From a virus: a stretch of 64,000 nucleotides of DNA. Each line of letters opens with the position of its first letter. Within the stretch, counting starts at the first letter, position 1. Under the pieces are notes generated by a model. The model searched no databases and was not told the DNA's origin. It worked only from the letters and a program-made list of their open reading frames with translations. The translations under genes were made by a program, and so were the position numbers. Location: the IMG/VR virus record IMGVR_UViG_3300045684_000009, positions 1-64,000 of that record. One strand, 5' to 3'. Positions 1 through 7,713 of the stretch are shown here, piece by piece.

Positions 1-33
1 CCCCCCCCCCAAACAGCATATTTATAGCAATAA

Positions 34-234
34 TGATGGTCACATGTCACCCCCACACACTCGTATACGCACGTATGTATGTACACATATGTATGAACTA
101 GTATGTTGATGGTCATTTATACTAGGTTGATGGTTGTTAATCATGATGGTTATGATGGTCCGCCCCCAAATCCTGGAATCCTGGACGTTGGTTGACCGAT
201 GTTGGTGGATCATGCACGCACGCGCGCGCACGCG
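34..234. repeat. TGATGGT short repeats (x5), AATCCTGG tandem pair and alternating purine-pyrimidine tracts at probable genome end
   Basis: TGATGGT at ~34, 107, 128, 144, 153; CATGCACGCACGCGCGCGCACGCG at 211-234; no credible ORF. Confidence 0.6.
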
Positions 235-275
235 AATACCAGGAATTATTGACATATCCAAACATTATAAGATCT

Positions 276-313
276 TTAACATATAATTAACTAAACTGTT
301 AAAGAAATGTTAA
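276..313. promoter_or_regulatory. putative operator TTAAC-N6-TTAAC-N6-GTTAA-N6-GTTAA
   Basis: 11-bp-phased direct and inverted repeats; near-identical architecture at 14216-14254. Confidence 0.55.
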
Positions 314-336
314 GATACATTTATCATGCTTTTTTA

Positions 337-368
337 TTTGGTGGACTCAATAAGTATATATATCTTTG
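337..368 (+). promoter_or_regulatory. Bacteroidota sigma-A-type promoter (-33 TTTG / -7 TATCTTTG)
   Basis: TTTG 337-340, 20-nt spacer, TATCTTTG 361-368, upstream of ORF 545. Confidence 0.7.
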
Positions 369-544
369 AGTATGCTTATAAAGATAGGCACGCGGTTAAA
401 TTGACATAATAAAAGTATTAATACATAGTAAGAACTATTGTATCGTATTACTGAACGTATAAATTATATATATAAGGAAATAAAGTATATAATTGAAGCG
501 ATAGTATAATCACATTATTAAATAACATTAAAATTAAAATTAAC

Positions 545-1366
545 ATGAAAGATTTAATTAAAAGTACAACATTGTCGAAAGCACAACAAAACGATTTAAA
601 TCATGTTTTAAATACTGTAATTACAGATAAAAACATGAGCAGCGAAATAAAGAACGCGCATGGTATCGTTGCAAGTGGCTCTTTTACTATGTTTTTAGCT
701 TGGTTACTTAATACCAAAATTGCTCTATCTTTTGCGCTTACTTGGATAGCAAACGGCAAAAAAATGAAGTACGGTGGTGTCGAGTACACGAATAAAGAGC
801 TTTATTGGAATGCTAAAAACAGTAACGAAAAGCTAAGATTTAGCACCTCAAAATTAAGAGCTTGCTTAAAACTTGCTAAACATTTATTTGGGGTGGACGG
901 TTCGCCCGTTGAAGATATTCAAAACAATATTGAAAACATTGTTACTTGGATTGAAAACGGTTTAATCACTAACTTAGAAAAAGATTTTATAAATCTTTTA
1001 AATGCCGACGGCACACTAAGCGAAGATAAAAACCCACACTTTTTTAAAAGCGAAGCGGAAATTGAAGCGGAAATTGCAGCGCTCGAAAAAAGAACTAAAA
1101 CTTTTAAACCCTTTGAAGATGCAGAAAACGAAGAGTTACAAAGTATAGAGCTTGAAGTGGTGTTAGACAACCCTAGAAGTAAAAAGGAACGCGAAGCAAA
1201 ACAAGCTCAAGCAATTACGGACTATCTTCTATTAAAGGAAGATGAATACACGAAGTTAAAAGACAAGATTAAAGTAGCAAACGACAAATTGAAAGAAAAC
1301 CGTACTGCTTTAAAAGCTTTAAATACTGAAATTGAAGATTTGAAAAGTGTCATAGTTTCAGAATAA
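545..1366 (+). CDS. hypothetical protein with C-terminal coiled coil
   Basis: 273-aa ORF, A-rich leader, own promoter and terminator. Confidence 0.8.
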   Translation: MKDLIKSTTLSKAQQNDLNHVLNTVITDKNMSSEIKNAHGIVASGSFTMFLAWLLNTKIALSFALTWIANGKKMKYGGVEYTNKELYWNAKNSNEKLRFSTSKLRACLKLAKHLFGVDGSPVEDIQNNIENIVTWIENGLITNLEKDFINLLNADGTLSEDKNPHFFKSEAEIEAEIAALEKRTKTFKPFEDAENEELQSIELEVVLDNPRSKKEREAKQAQAITDYLLLKEDEYTKLKDKIKVANDKLKENRTALKALNTEIEDLKSVIVSE

Positions 1367-1380
1367 GTATATTAATCTTT

Positions 1381-1406
1381 GAGGTGTACACTTTGTACAC
1401 CTCTTT
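1381..1406 (+). terminator. intrinsic terminator
   Basis: GAGGTGTAC-ACTTT-GTACACCTC-TTT just after stop of ORF 545. Confidence 0.65.
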
Positions 1407-1508
1407 AACCCTCTAAAATTAGTACAATGATATTAGCAGTCATATTTATTTACGTGTCTTGTTTACCTCTAATGGATTAAACACATATAATTGATTAATA
1501 TATTCAAT

Positions 1509-1567
1509 ACTCAAATTTCTTGAGCGCTCTCAGTTTTGGTGGGGGTGTTCGGAAATTTGGGTTTTTT
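1509..1567 (+). terminator. long G.U-rich hairpin with U-tract
   Basis: 23-bp stem (6 G.U pairs, 1 bulge) 1509-1562 followed by T run. Confidence 0.5.
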
Positions 1568-1851
1568 GTGGGTGTGACCAAAGGGTAATCCCCACACCCA
1601 CCCGATATACACGTATAAAGCCACCAACACATACACAAGACGAAGTAAACCCCCAGACCAAGACAATGGGTGGGGGTAAAATGTAAGTACCTATCTACTT
1701 AAGGGTTGGGTGTAAATTAAACTATCTAAAACCGAGGGTGGGGGGGAATATATACCTAATTATCCTAAACTGACTACATCTTGATAGGCTTTCACCTAAC
1801 AGCTTCTAACTTACGAGTGGTGTGTTGTATCCTTTTTACATAGAAGTGTTG

Positions 1852-2142
1852 TTACACAGGTTGTGGTGGAGTCTCAGGGGGTTGTTTTGGTATACCTACT
1901 TGTAGCATGAGTTGTTTTAGTTCTTTTTGTGGGTTATTTGTTATTAATCTGCCGAAAAAGAGGGTATCTCCCATACCAATAGCTTCCCACATCAAATGTA
2001 TGATGTTTTTCTTCTTATCGTCTATGTATAAACAATACTTGTATGATTCTGTTAATGGTATGTAGTATTCTTTATCTGTCTTACTATATATCCACCCCAA
2101 ATTTAGTATGTGCGCTTTGGTTAGTTTATTCTTCTTTGCCAT
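1852..2142 (-). CDS. hypothetical protein
   Basis: 96-aa ORF, last gene of tightly packed - strand operon. Confidence 0.7.
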   Translation of the reverse strand: MAKKNKLTKAHILNLGWIYSKTDKEYYIPLTESYKYCLYIDDKKKNIIHLMWEAIGMGDTLFFGRLITNNPQKELKQLMLQVGIPKQPPETPPQPV

Positions 2143-2488
2143 AATCGGTCTTTATTGTTTCAAGCTCTGCTATTTTACTTTCCAGTTTTTCTTTTTTCTT
2201 GTTTATATTAGCTATTTCTGCTTCAACTTCTGCGGCAATCACTCCACTTGCGTGTTTGAGTATCACCTTATACACTTCATCTAGTAAATCGCCAGTTAAT
2301 TTTAACACTGGTAATGAATTCAATGCTGCCATTGATGCTGAGACATGGGTTGACTGTCTAAAGTTTATTGTCAACTCTGGCCTTAACCTCATATCAAATA
2401 ATTGATATCCACTTTTACTGTTATTTATTGGAGACTTGTAGTTCTTACATTCATTGTACTTGTCTATAAATTCTATATACTGATTCAT
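2126..2488 (-). CDS. hypothetical protein (C-terminal coiled coil)
   Basis: 120-aa ORF overlapping neighbours. Confidence 0.7.
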   Translation of the reverse strand: MNQYIEFIDKYNECKNYKSPINNSKSGYQLFDMRLRPELTINFRQSTHVSASMAALNSLPVLKLTGDLLDEVYKVILKHASGVIAAEVEAEIANINKKKEKLESKIAELETIKTDYGKEE

Positions 2489-2904
2489 ATTAAATATCTT
2501 TTTTCTACGCCTAATAATGAAAATACACCTACTAATTCAACTAACGACTGTATGTATCCACAAAATACACATTCGTAATTGTAACCTGCTCTTAAATGTG
2601 CGAAATGTACGCGTAGGTCATACGTCACATCATCTATTTGACTCTTTGCTATTTTTACGTGACATCTAGGGAAAGAATATGTTGCTGCGTATTCTTTTCC
2701 TAGATATAACACATCGAATGTATCTGATCTTAATGGTAAGTCTGTATCTGGACATTTCTCAGCAGCCTCAATCTCGTCTAACGGCATTTGAACAAAATGA
2801 GCAAATGTCCAATCACCTCTGCCTGCATAATGCGTTAACCAATCTCTTGAGGTAATCCAGCTCTGTATTGAGGGTTCGAGTCTTAATTCTAGTTTCTTAG
2901 ACAT
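2485..2904 (-). CDS. hypothetical protein
   Basis: 139-aa ORF, ATGA overlap with next gene. Confidence 0.7.
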   Translation of the reverse strand: MSKKLELRLEPSIQSWITSRDWLTHYAGRGDWTFAHFVQMPLDEIEAAEKCPDTDLPLRSDTFDVLYLGKEYAATYSFPRCHVKIAKSQIDDVTYDLRVHFAHLRAGYNYECVFCGYIQSLVELVGVFSLLGVEKRYLI

Positions 2905-3241
2905 GATAATGTATGTTTACGTTAGTTGCGTTTAAATACGCCACACAAGTGTCCAATGCGTCAACAGCGTTTTTACCACTCACGTTTAGCACGCTCCAAT
3001 TACATATTAGTTCTAAACTATAATTATTAGGGTATATGTATATTGTGTAATCGGTGTAAATCCCCTCTCTAACTATTATAGTGTGGTCTTTTGACGGTTC
3101 TGCATACCAAAGATCAAACTCATCTTCGGGCATGCTTTTAAGTTCCTCACAATTCTTAACATTCCATTTAACCAAATCTTTACGATCATAGTCTATGTCA
3201 CATTCACCAAGTAATACTATTTTACGTACTGACTTATCCAT
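2897..3241 (-). CDS. hypothetical protein
   Basis: 114-aa ORF in operon. Confidence 0.7.
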   Translation of the reverse strand: MDKSVRKIVLLGECDIDYDRKDLVKWNVKNCEELKSMPEDEFDLWYAEPSKDHTIIVREGIYTDYTIYIYPNNYSLELICNWSVLNVSGKNAVDALDTCVAYLNATNVNIHYHV

Positions 3242-3257
3242 TCTTCAATGTTTTTTA

Positions 3258-3497
3258 TTATCTATACATTTTTGGTAAATAGTGAATAACAATTTTCATA
3301 GGTTCTACATTGTAACTCATAAGATTGACACTTTCGTCACATAATAAATCTCGACCTATTGATTGCAACATGTATGCTTTAGCGTCATCGTTAAAGTCTG
3401 AGAATGATAAAGCCTCTTTTTTCATAGTATCCAATTCTTTTAATTTATTTTGCATTTCTAGGTAATCGTCTAGAGATATTGTTACTTGTCCTTCCAT
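3258..3497 (-). CDS. hypothetical protein
   Basis: 79-aa ORF, VTISLDDY N-terminal motif common in small phage proteins. Confidence 0.65.
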   Translation of the reverse strand: MEGQVTISLDDYLEMQNKLKELDTMKKEALSFSDFNDDAKAYMLQSIGRDLLCDESVNLMSYNVEPMKIVIHYLPKMYR

Positions 3498-3499
3498 AA

Positions 3500-3682
3500 T
3501 TATCTATTTTTTGTAGGTGTACGTATTGCAGGAGCTTCTACTGTTGTTGGTGGTGGGGTTATCGATATTAGATTAGGTCGTTTCTTACCGTTTACTATAT
3601 ATACAATTTTCCCGTTGTCATAGGTACTTCTGTATTTTGGGTAGTAAAATTTCTCACCAGTCTTTGCGTCTTTAAAGTTCAT
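3500..3682 (-). CDS. hypothetical protein
   Basis: 60-aa ORF filling operon gap. Confidence 0.6.
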   Translation of the reverse strand: MNFKDAKTGEKFYYPKYRSTYDNGKIVYIVNGKKRPNLISITPPPTTVEAPAIRTPTKNR

Positions 3683-4100
3683 TCTTTATATGTTTTACTA
3701 TTTTTAATCTTGCTTTATTAATCTTCTCGTCCTTAAAACTCATATCGCCCAAATGTTTAGCCATATATTCTTCGTATAATTTATTACTCAAATGTTTAAC
3801 TTTACCTAGATTTAACATTACATTAAATGTTCTTCCACATCCCACCACAGGATGTCTCGCTGCTATATTAAATCGATTACAACCATCAATATACTTTACT
3901 TGCTCGTTTTGGAATTTATATTTAAACTTAGATGGGTCATTAGGCATTATAATACCTTTACAATGAGGACTTCGAGTACATACACTCCCTACACCTATTA
4001 TAATGTGATTAAACACTGCTTCATCAATTCCCGAGATATAACACTTATAGAATTTATCGTCAAATACTATAATGTCTCCTTCTTTTATTTTATTGTTCAT
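3672..4100 (-). CDS. hypothetical protein
   Basis: 142-aa ORF in operon. Confidence 0.7.
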   Translation of the reverse strand: MNNKIKEGDIIVFDDKFYKCYISGIDEAVFNHIIIGVGSVCTRSPHCKGIIMPNDPSKFKYKFQNEQVKYIDGCNRFNIAARHPVVGCGRTFNVMLNLGKVKHLSNKLYEEYMAKHLGDMSFKDEKINKARLKIVKHIKNEL

Positions 4101-4332
4101 TCTCTATTTGTTTTACTAATTCGTTTCGAGTATCTAATAACATCTTTAATACTTTAGCTCTTTTTTCTGTTTGGTCGCAGTCGCAGTTGCAGGGGAACAT
4201 TCCTTCTGCATTGTCGTCACATTGACACAGAGCACATACCCCACATTGGTAAATTGTGTCGATAAATTCTTTTACTTCATCTACAGAGAACATTCTCTTT
4301 TCTCTTTTTTTCATAATTATGTATTTATGCAA
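4090..4332 (-). CDS. small Cys-rich hypothetical protein
   Basis: CGVCALCQC and CNCDC motifs; start may be a downstream Met. Confidence 0.6.
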   Translation of the reverse strand: MHKYIIMKKREKRMFSVDEVKEFIDTIYQCGVCALCQCDDNAEGMFPCNCDCDQTEKRAKVLKMLLDTRNELVKQIENEQ

Positions 4333-5090
4333 TCATAAGGACCTAACTGTCCTCCTTTTGATTTATTTAAACAATTGTATAAAGGATTATCTTTATAAAA
4401 CTTTATCATCTTTGTTTCCAAACTACAGGCATTGTTAACTTCTAAATATGGAGTCAGTTGAATAAATTGCCCTAATCTTTTTATTTTAGATATTTCAGGT
4501 CTACGATGTCGTCTCTTATCAATGTTGTAGGTTATACCTACGTATCTTTTATTAACGTGTTTTATTAGGTAGACACATCTTTTAAACCTATTTCCTACTT
4601 TTTTCATGTGCGAACATACTTCATCTAAAATACCTCGTCGAGACGCTGCAATATATGCAGCTCCATTTTTTAACTTAAATTCTGTTCTAGTATTATATTT
4701 TAAAGCTTCTTGTTGTATCATTTGATTTGTCCATTTAACAATACCAACCATGTGTGCGCATGCTTTTTCATATATTCCAAACTTTACAGCAGCAGCAACT
4801 GCCCCGCCAAATCTCTTCTTAAATTCAGTCCTAGTCTTACATTTTCTAGCCTCTTTTAATATTTCATCTTTTGTCCAATCAGAATGGTAATGGGGAGACA
4901 TGTGATGACAAACATCATTAAGTATACCTAACCGAATTGCCGCACTATATGCAGACCTATAATTTCTTTGAAATTCATATCTAGATTGACATCTAGAAGC
5001 AACTTCTCGTATAAGGTGTGGTAACCATTTAACTCTAGCGTCCCCATTATCGTACATCGTCTGTATCGCTTGTATTGCTTTTTGTTTCAT
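4317..5090 (-). CDS. homing-endonuclease-like protein: three ~45-aa repeats plus C-terminal GIY-YIG domain
   Basis: repeats WT.E.I..EA.K..TRTEFK....A..AA...GI....C.HM; VYLIK..YVGIT..R..E..N motif. Confidence 0.75.
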   Translation of the reverse strand: MKQKAIQAIQTMYDNGDARVKWLPHLIREVASRCQSRYEFQRNYRSAYSAAIRLGILNDVCHHMSPHYHSDWTKDEILKEARKCKTRTEFKKRFGGAVAAAVKFGIYEKACAHMVGIVKWTNQMIQQEALKYNTRTEFKLKNGAAYIAASRRGILDEVCSHMKKVGNRFKRCVYLIKHVNKRYVGITYNIDKRRHRRPEISKIKRLGQFIQLTPYLEVNNACSLETKMIKFYKDNPLYNCLNKSKGGQLGPYDCINT

Positions 5091-5452
5091 TATTCTTTTA
5101 ATTTAGTAGTGTGTGGGAAGTAATAATCATACGAACCTTTGTCAAAGTGTTTTAATAGTTGGGGTACATAACTAAACTTTAATCTAAAGTAGTCTCCTAT
5201 TATTCCTTTTTCTATAGAACCTTGTTCCGCCCCCAAATAAGCTTTATTGACTTCTTTTCTAGTGTACATCTCTTTACCGTCATAATACTTACATTGAGTA
5301 GCTGAGAAATATTGTGGACTTACTTCGCAAGTACCTATAAGGCTTAAATTCTCTCGTTGCGGTTGTTCAACTCTGTAATAATGTTTCTCTGTAAACTTAC
5401 CATTGTCGTCACTACCTTTGTATTCGTATATGTAATGTTTATTCTTCTTCAT
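5090..5452 (-). CDS. hypothetical protein
   Basis: 120-aa ORF in operon. Confidence 0.7.
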   Translation of the reverse strand: MKKNKHYIYEYKGSDDNGKFTEKHYYRVEQPQRENLSLIGTCEVSPQYFSATQCKYYDGKEMYTRKEVNKAYLGAEQGSIEKGIIGDYFRLKFSYVPQLLKHFDKGSYDYYFPHTTKLKE

Positions 5453-5627
5453 CTATATACCGCTTGATTACTAAACCTTCATCTTTTAACTTCCCAACCA
5501 TAGATGATACGTAGTATTTACCATCTTTATCCCAATCCCCCACAAATGTAGGAAAATAATCTAACAAAGTGTCGGACTCTAATAGTCGCATGTACTCTAT
5601 TTTATATTGATCTTTAGTCTTCGTCAT
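5439..5627 (-). CDS. hypothetical protein
   Basis: 62-aa ORF in operon. Confidence 0.6.
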   Translation of the reverse strand: MTKTKDQYKIEYMRLLESDTLLDYFPTFVGDWDKDGKYYVSSMVGKLKDEGLVIKRYIDEEE

Positions 5628-5629
5628 GG

Positions 5630-5881
5630 CTACTTCATATCTACGTATACGGTCTCAATGTGGTCAGTCGCTGTACCCATGTCGTGGTCACCTCTTATTA
5701 CAGTTGCAAATCTTATACTCTTTACTTCCTCTCCTGTTTCTGTTTCGACTGCCGCTTTTATAAGTTCAATTACGTCTTTTTCTGTAAGTTCTATTTTTTT
5801 ATTTATCTTCATTAGTCTGTGTTTTGGTACAATTAATCCAAATTTATATTTATGTTTCCAAGAGTACCCCCAGTTATCCAT
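5630..5881 (-). CDS. hypothetical protein
   Basis: 83-aa ORF; true start may be internal MKINKK. Confidence 0.6.
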   Translation of the reverse strand: MDNWGYSWKHKYKFGLIVPKHRLMKINKKIELTEKDVIELIKAAVETETGEEVKSIRFATVIRGDHDMGTATDHIETVYVDMK

Positions 5882-6269
5882 CTAAATTCATTGTTGGATG
5901 AAATTCAAATAATAACTCTCCTGCCACAAATACATAACACCTAAACGATGCTGTCGGTATGTGTGTACCTGGAAGTAAAACAGAGTGAATCATCATATTG
6001 TCAAGCTGAGGATTGTAGTTAACATCAATAACAGTATTAGTTACTAAATGACGATAACCTTGGTTATATGGTTCTTCAATCCAAGAGGTGTTAGAATTCT
6101 CCATATTATCCTGTATAAGCTTAAGACCACCTTGTCCAGTTACTATGTATAAATGTAATGGTGACGGTATCTTATCGAACACCTCTGCTCTCACATGTTC
6201 TATCATGAACGATAATGCATCATTCATTTTAGTGGCGTTGTATTTAATTATTCGTTTATTCATCTTCAC
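5874..6269 (-). CDS. stand-alone paralog of major capsid protein residues ~310-444 (probable A-domain)
   Basis: FDKI..LYIVTGQGGLKLIQD vs MCP FDRI..LVLYTGQAGLKLFHD; LDNMMIHSVLLPGTHIPTASFRCYVF vs LDNTRINTVTYPNSHYPVSSYEFYAF. Confidence 0.8.
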   Translation of the reverse strand: MKMNKRIIKYNATKMNDALSFMIEHVRAEVFDKIPSPLHLYIVTGQGGLKLIQDNMENSNTSWIEEPYNQGYRHLVTNTVIDVNYNPQLDNMMIHSVLLPGTHIPTASFRCYVFVAGELLFEFHPTMNLDG

Positions 6270-6567
6270 ATATTTGATCTATATATCCCAAAGGAGATAT
6301 TCCAGGACCTAATGTTATAATATTTTTAAACTTATCATCTGTTATGATCGAATCGCTTGGGTGTACTGCGCCACCAAAAGGTAAGTCAGCTTCCTTTATA
6401 CCATTGTTCCAATCTGCGTTCCTATTTGCATGCTCTGAGATAGGTTCTACAAGAAATAATCTACCTCCTTTCTTTACATAAAATGTTCCGTACTTACTCA
6501 TATTTTTCATTTTTAAATCTACAATCATGTTCGTAGCCCTGAATCCACCCCTTCCCAATTGAGCCAA
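6256..6567 (-). CDS. conserved hypothetical protein (true start probably MKNMSKYG)
   Basis: VEPI...W...G..H.SDSIIT...FKNI..L..G.SP..YI pattern; operon packing. Confidence 0.6.
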   Translation of the reverse strand: MAQLGRGGFRATNMIVDLKMKNMSKYGTFYVKKGGRLFLVEPISEHANRNADWNNGIKEADLPFGGAVHPSDSIITDDKFKNIITLGPGISPLGYIDQICEDE

Positions 6568-6730
6568 AAGTTAACTTATATATCCAACGTTTCCACCACC
6601 TATGTATTACAGGCTTGGGGTTACTCAATACTACAATGTTTTCGTTAAGTATATCATTAGTATTAAACCAATCACAATTCAACCTTAGTATAAAATGTCC
6701 TTTTTTATCCACAGTAATCAATTTCTCCAC
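6494..6730 (-). CDS. small protein resembling MCP residues ~119-163
   Basis: FILRLNCDWFNTNDIL..IVVLSNPKPV..GYEH vs MCP FLIRLDVDWFGPYDVL..VVVESEPKFV..AYEY. Confidence 0.6.
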   Translation of the reverse strand: MEKLITVDKKGHFILRLNCDWFNTNDILNENIVVLSNPKPVIHRWWKRWIYKLTFGSIGKGWIQGYEHDCRFKNEKYE

Positions 6731-7436
6731 CGCATAATGCTTTGTGGTAGTTTATTAATAATTCCTCTCCTTCTTCTATTCGTCTTGTGGTGGCGAACAC
6801 AGCAAAACAACCTTTATCAATTAACATAATATTATCATCCTCAGAGTGATTGACCCACCCTCCCAAAGAAGTCCTGATTAAACCTCCAGGATGATACTGC
6901 TCTATATAATCACCTTGACCATGTATCATCTCAGTACAGTATAGATTAATGTGAGACGGTCCTATTACAAAGTCCTTATCCAAACCTATTGTAGCGAATA
7001 CACCGTTGCCATGTATTGATGAACTTTTAAGTACTAACCCGTGGTGTAACGGAGAGAATGTGTAATTTGGTGGTAACTCCTTTTGCGCACTTGTTTCCTT
7101 AGACTTAGATTCAGGAGGAGGTATCAGTTCACCAATCAATTCCCAATATAAATCTTCTTTTAAATATTCAACAGGAATAGCTTCTACCAAGCAATCATCA
7201 TTGAGCATTACAACTTCGTGTCGAAACCCTTCATCACCAACTTCTATTGGGTAATCTTGCACAATCACTCGACAATACTTATTCACAACAGGTGCTATCA
7301 CATCGTTAGGTTTAAACTTCTTACTCTTAAAACTAATTAAAAAGCTGACTCCATCCTTTCCATAAGCTTGTTGGTCAGGATTGGGGTTAGTTGAAATTAG
7401 TGCACGCTTGTTATTTTTCATCATCTCCATTTTCAA
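6705..7436 (-). CDS. MCP-insertion-domain / SET-domain methyltransferase fusion
   Basis: N-terminal ~87 aa align to MCP 100-186 (PVEYLKE identical); C-terminal SET motifs IHGNGVFA, VNHS, EELLINY. Confidence 0.88.
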   Translation of the reverse strand: MKMEMMKNNKRALISTNPNPDQQAYGKDGVSFLISFKSKKFKPNDVIAPVVNKYCRVIVQDYPIEVGDEGFRHEVVMLNDDCLVEAIPVEYLKEDLYWELIGELIPPPESKSKETSAQKELPPNYTFSPLHHGLVLKSSSIHGNGVFATIGLDKDFVIGPSHINLYCTEMIHGQGDYIEQYHPGGLIRTSLGGWVNHSEDDNIMLIDKGCFAVFATTRRIEEGEELLINYHKALCGGEIDYCG

Positions 7437-7713
7437 AAAACTGCTTTAATCTAATCATGTCTAATCCTATAAAGTCAGCAACTATCTTTTTATCTTCTTC
7501 GTTATAAACAACGAATCTAGGAACTGATCTAACTCTAACTTTTTCAGCGACAGCTTTGTAAGGGTAATCATCTGCGTCTGTGTCTACAAACTCATAAAGA
7601 TCGATAGAAGGGTCGTAGGTATCTTCTATGAATTTTTTAGCTCTCTTACATGGCCCGCACCACGTCGTACTAAACTGTATTAATTTATTCTTCTTCTCCA
7701 TATTGTTCTTCAT
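7411..7713 (-). CDS. trxA: thioredoxin
   Basis: WCGPC active site and cis-Pro VRSVP motif. Confidence 0.9.
   Translation of the reverse strand: MKNNMEKKNKLIQFSTTWCGPCKRAKKFIEDTYDPSIDLYEFVDTDADDYPYKAVAEKVRVRSVPRFVVYNEEDKKIVADFIGLDMIRLKQFFENGDDEK

Noticed and set aside
34-160. CRISPR array
   Set aside because: Repeats are only 7 bp with irregular short spacing; no cas genes
1760-1850. Self-cleaving ribozyme on the - strand (TAGGT-GAAA-GCCTA hairpin)
   Set aside because: No hammerhead CUGAnGA core or other ribozyme consensus could be fitted
5874-7436. A single decayed second MCP pseudogene
   Set aside because: The same MCP region occurs twice, a SET domain and an unrelated gene intervene, frames are intact with coupled starts and stops, and synonymous changes are visible. 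Disfavoured, not formally excluded
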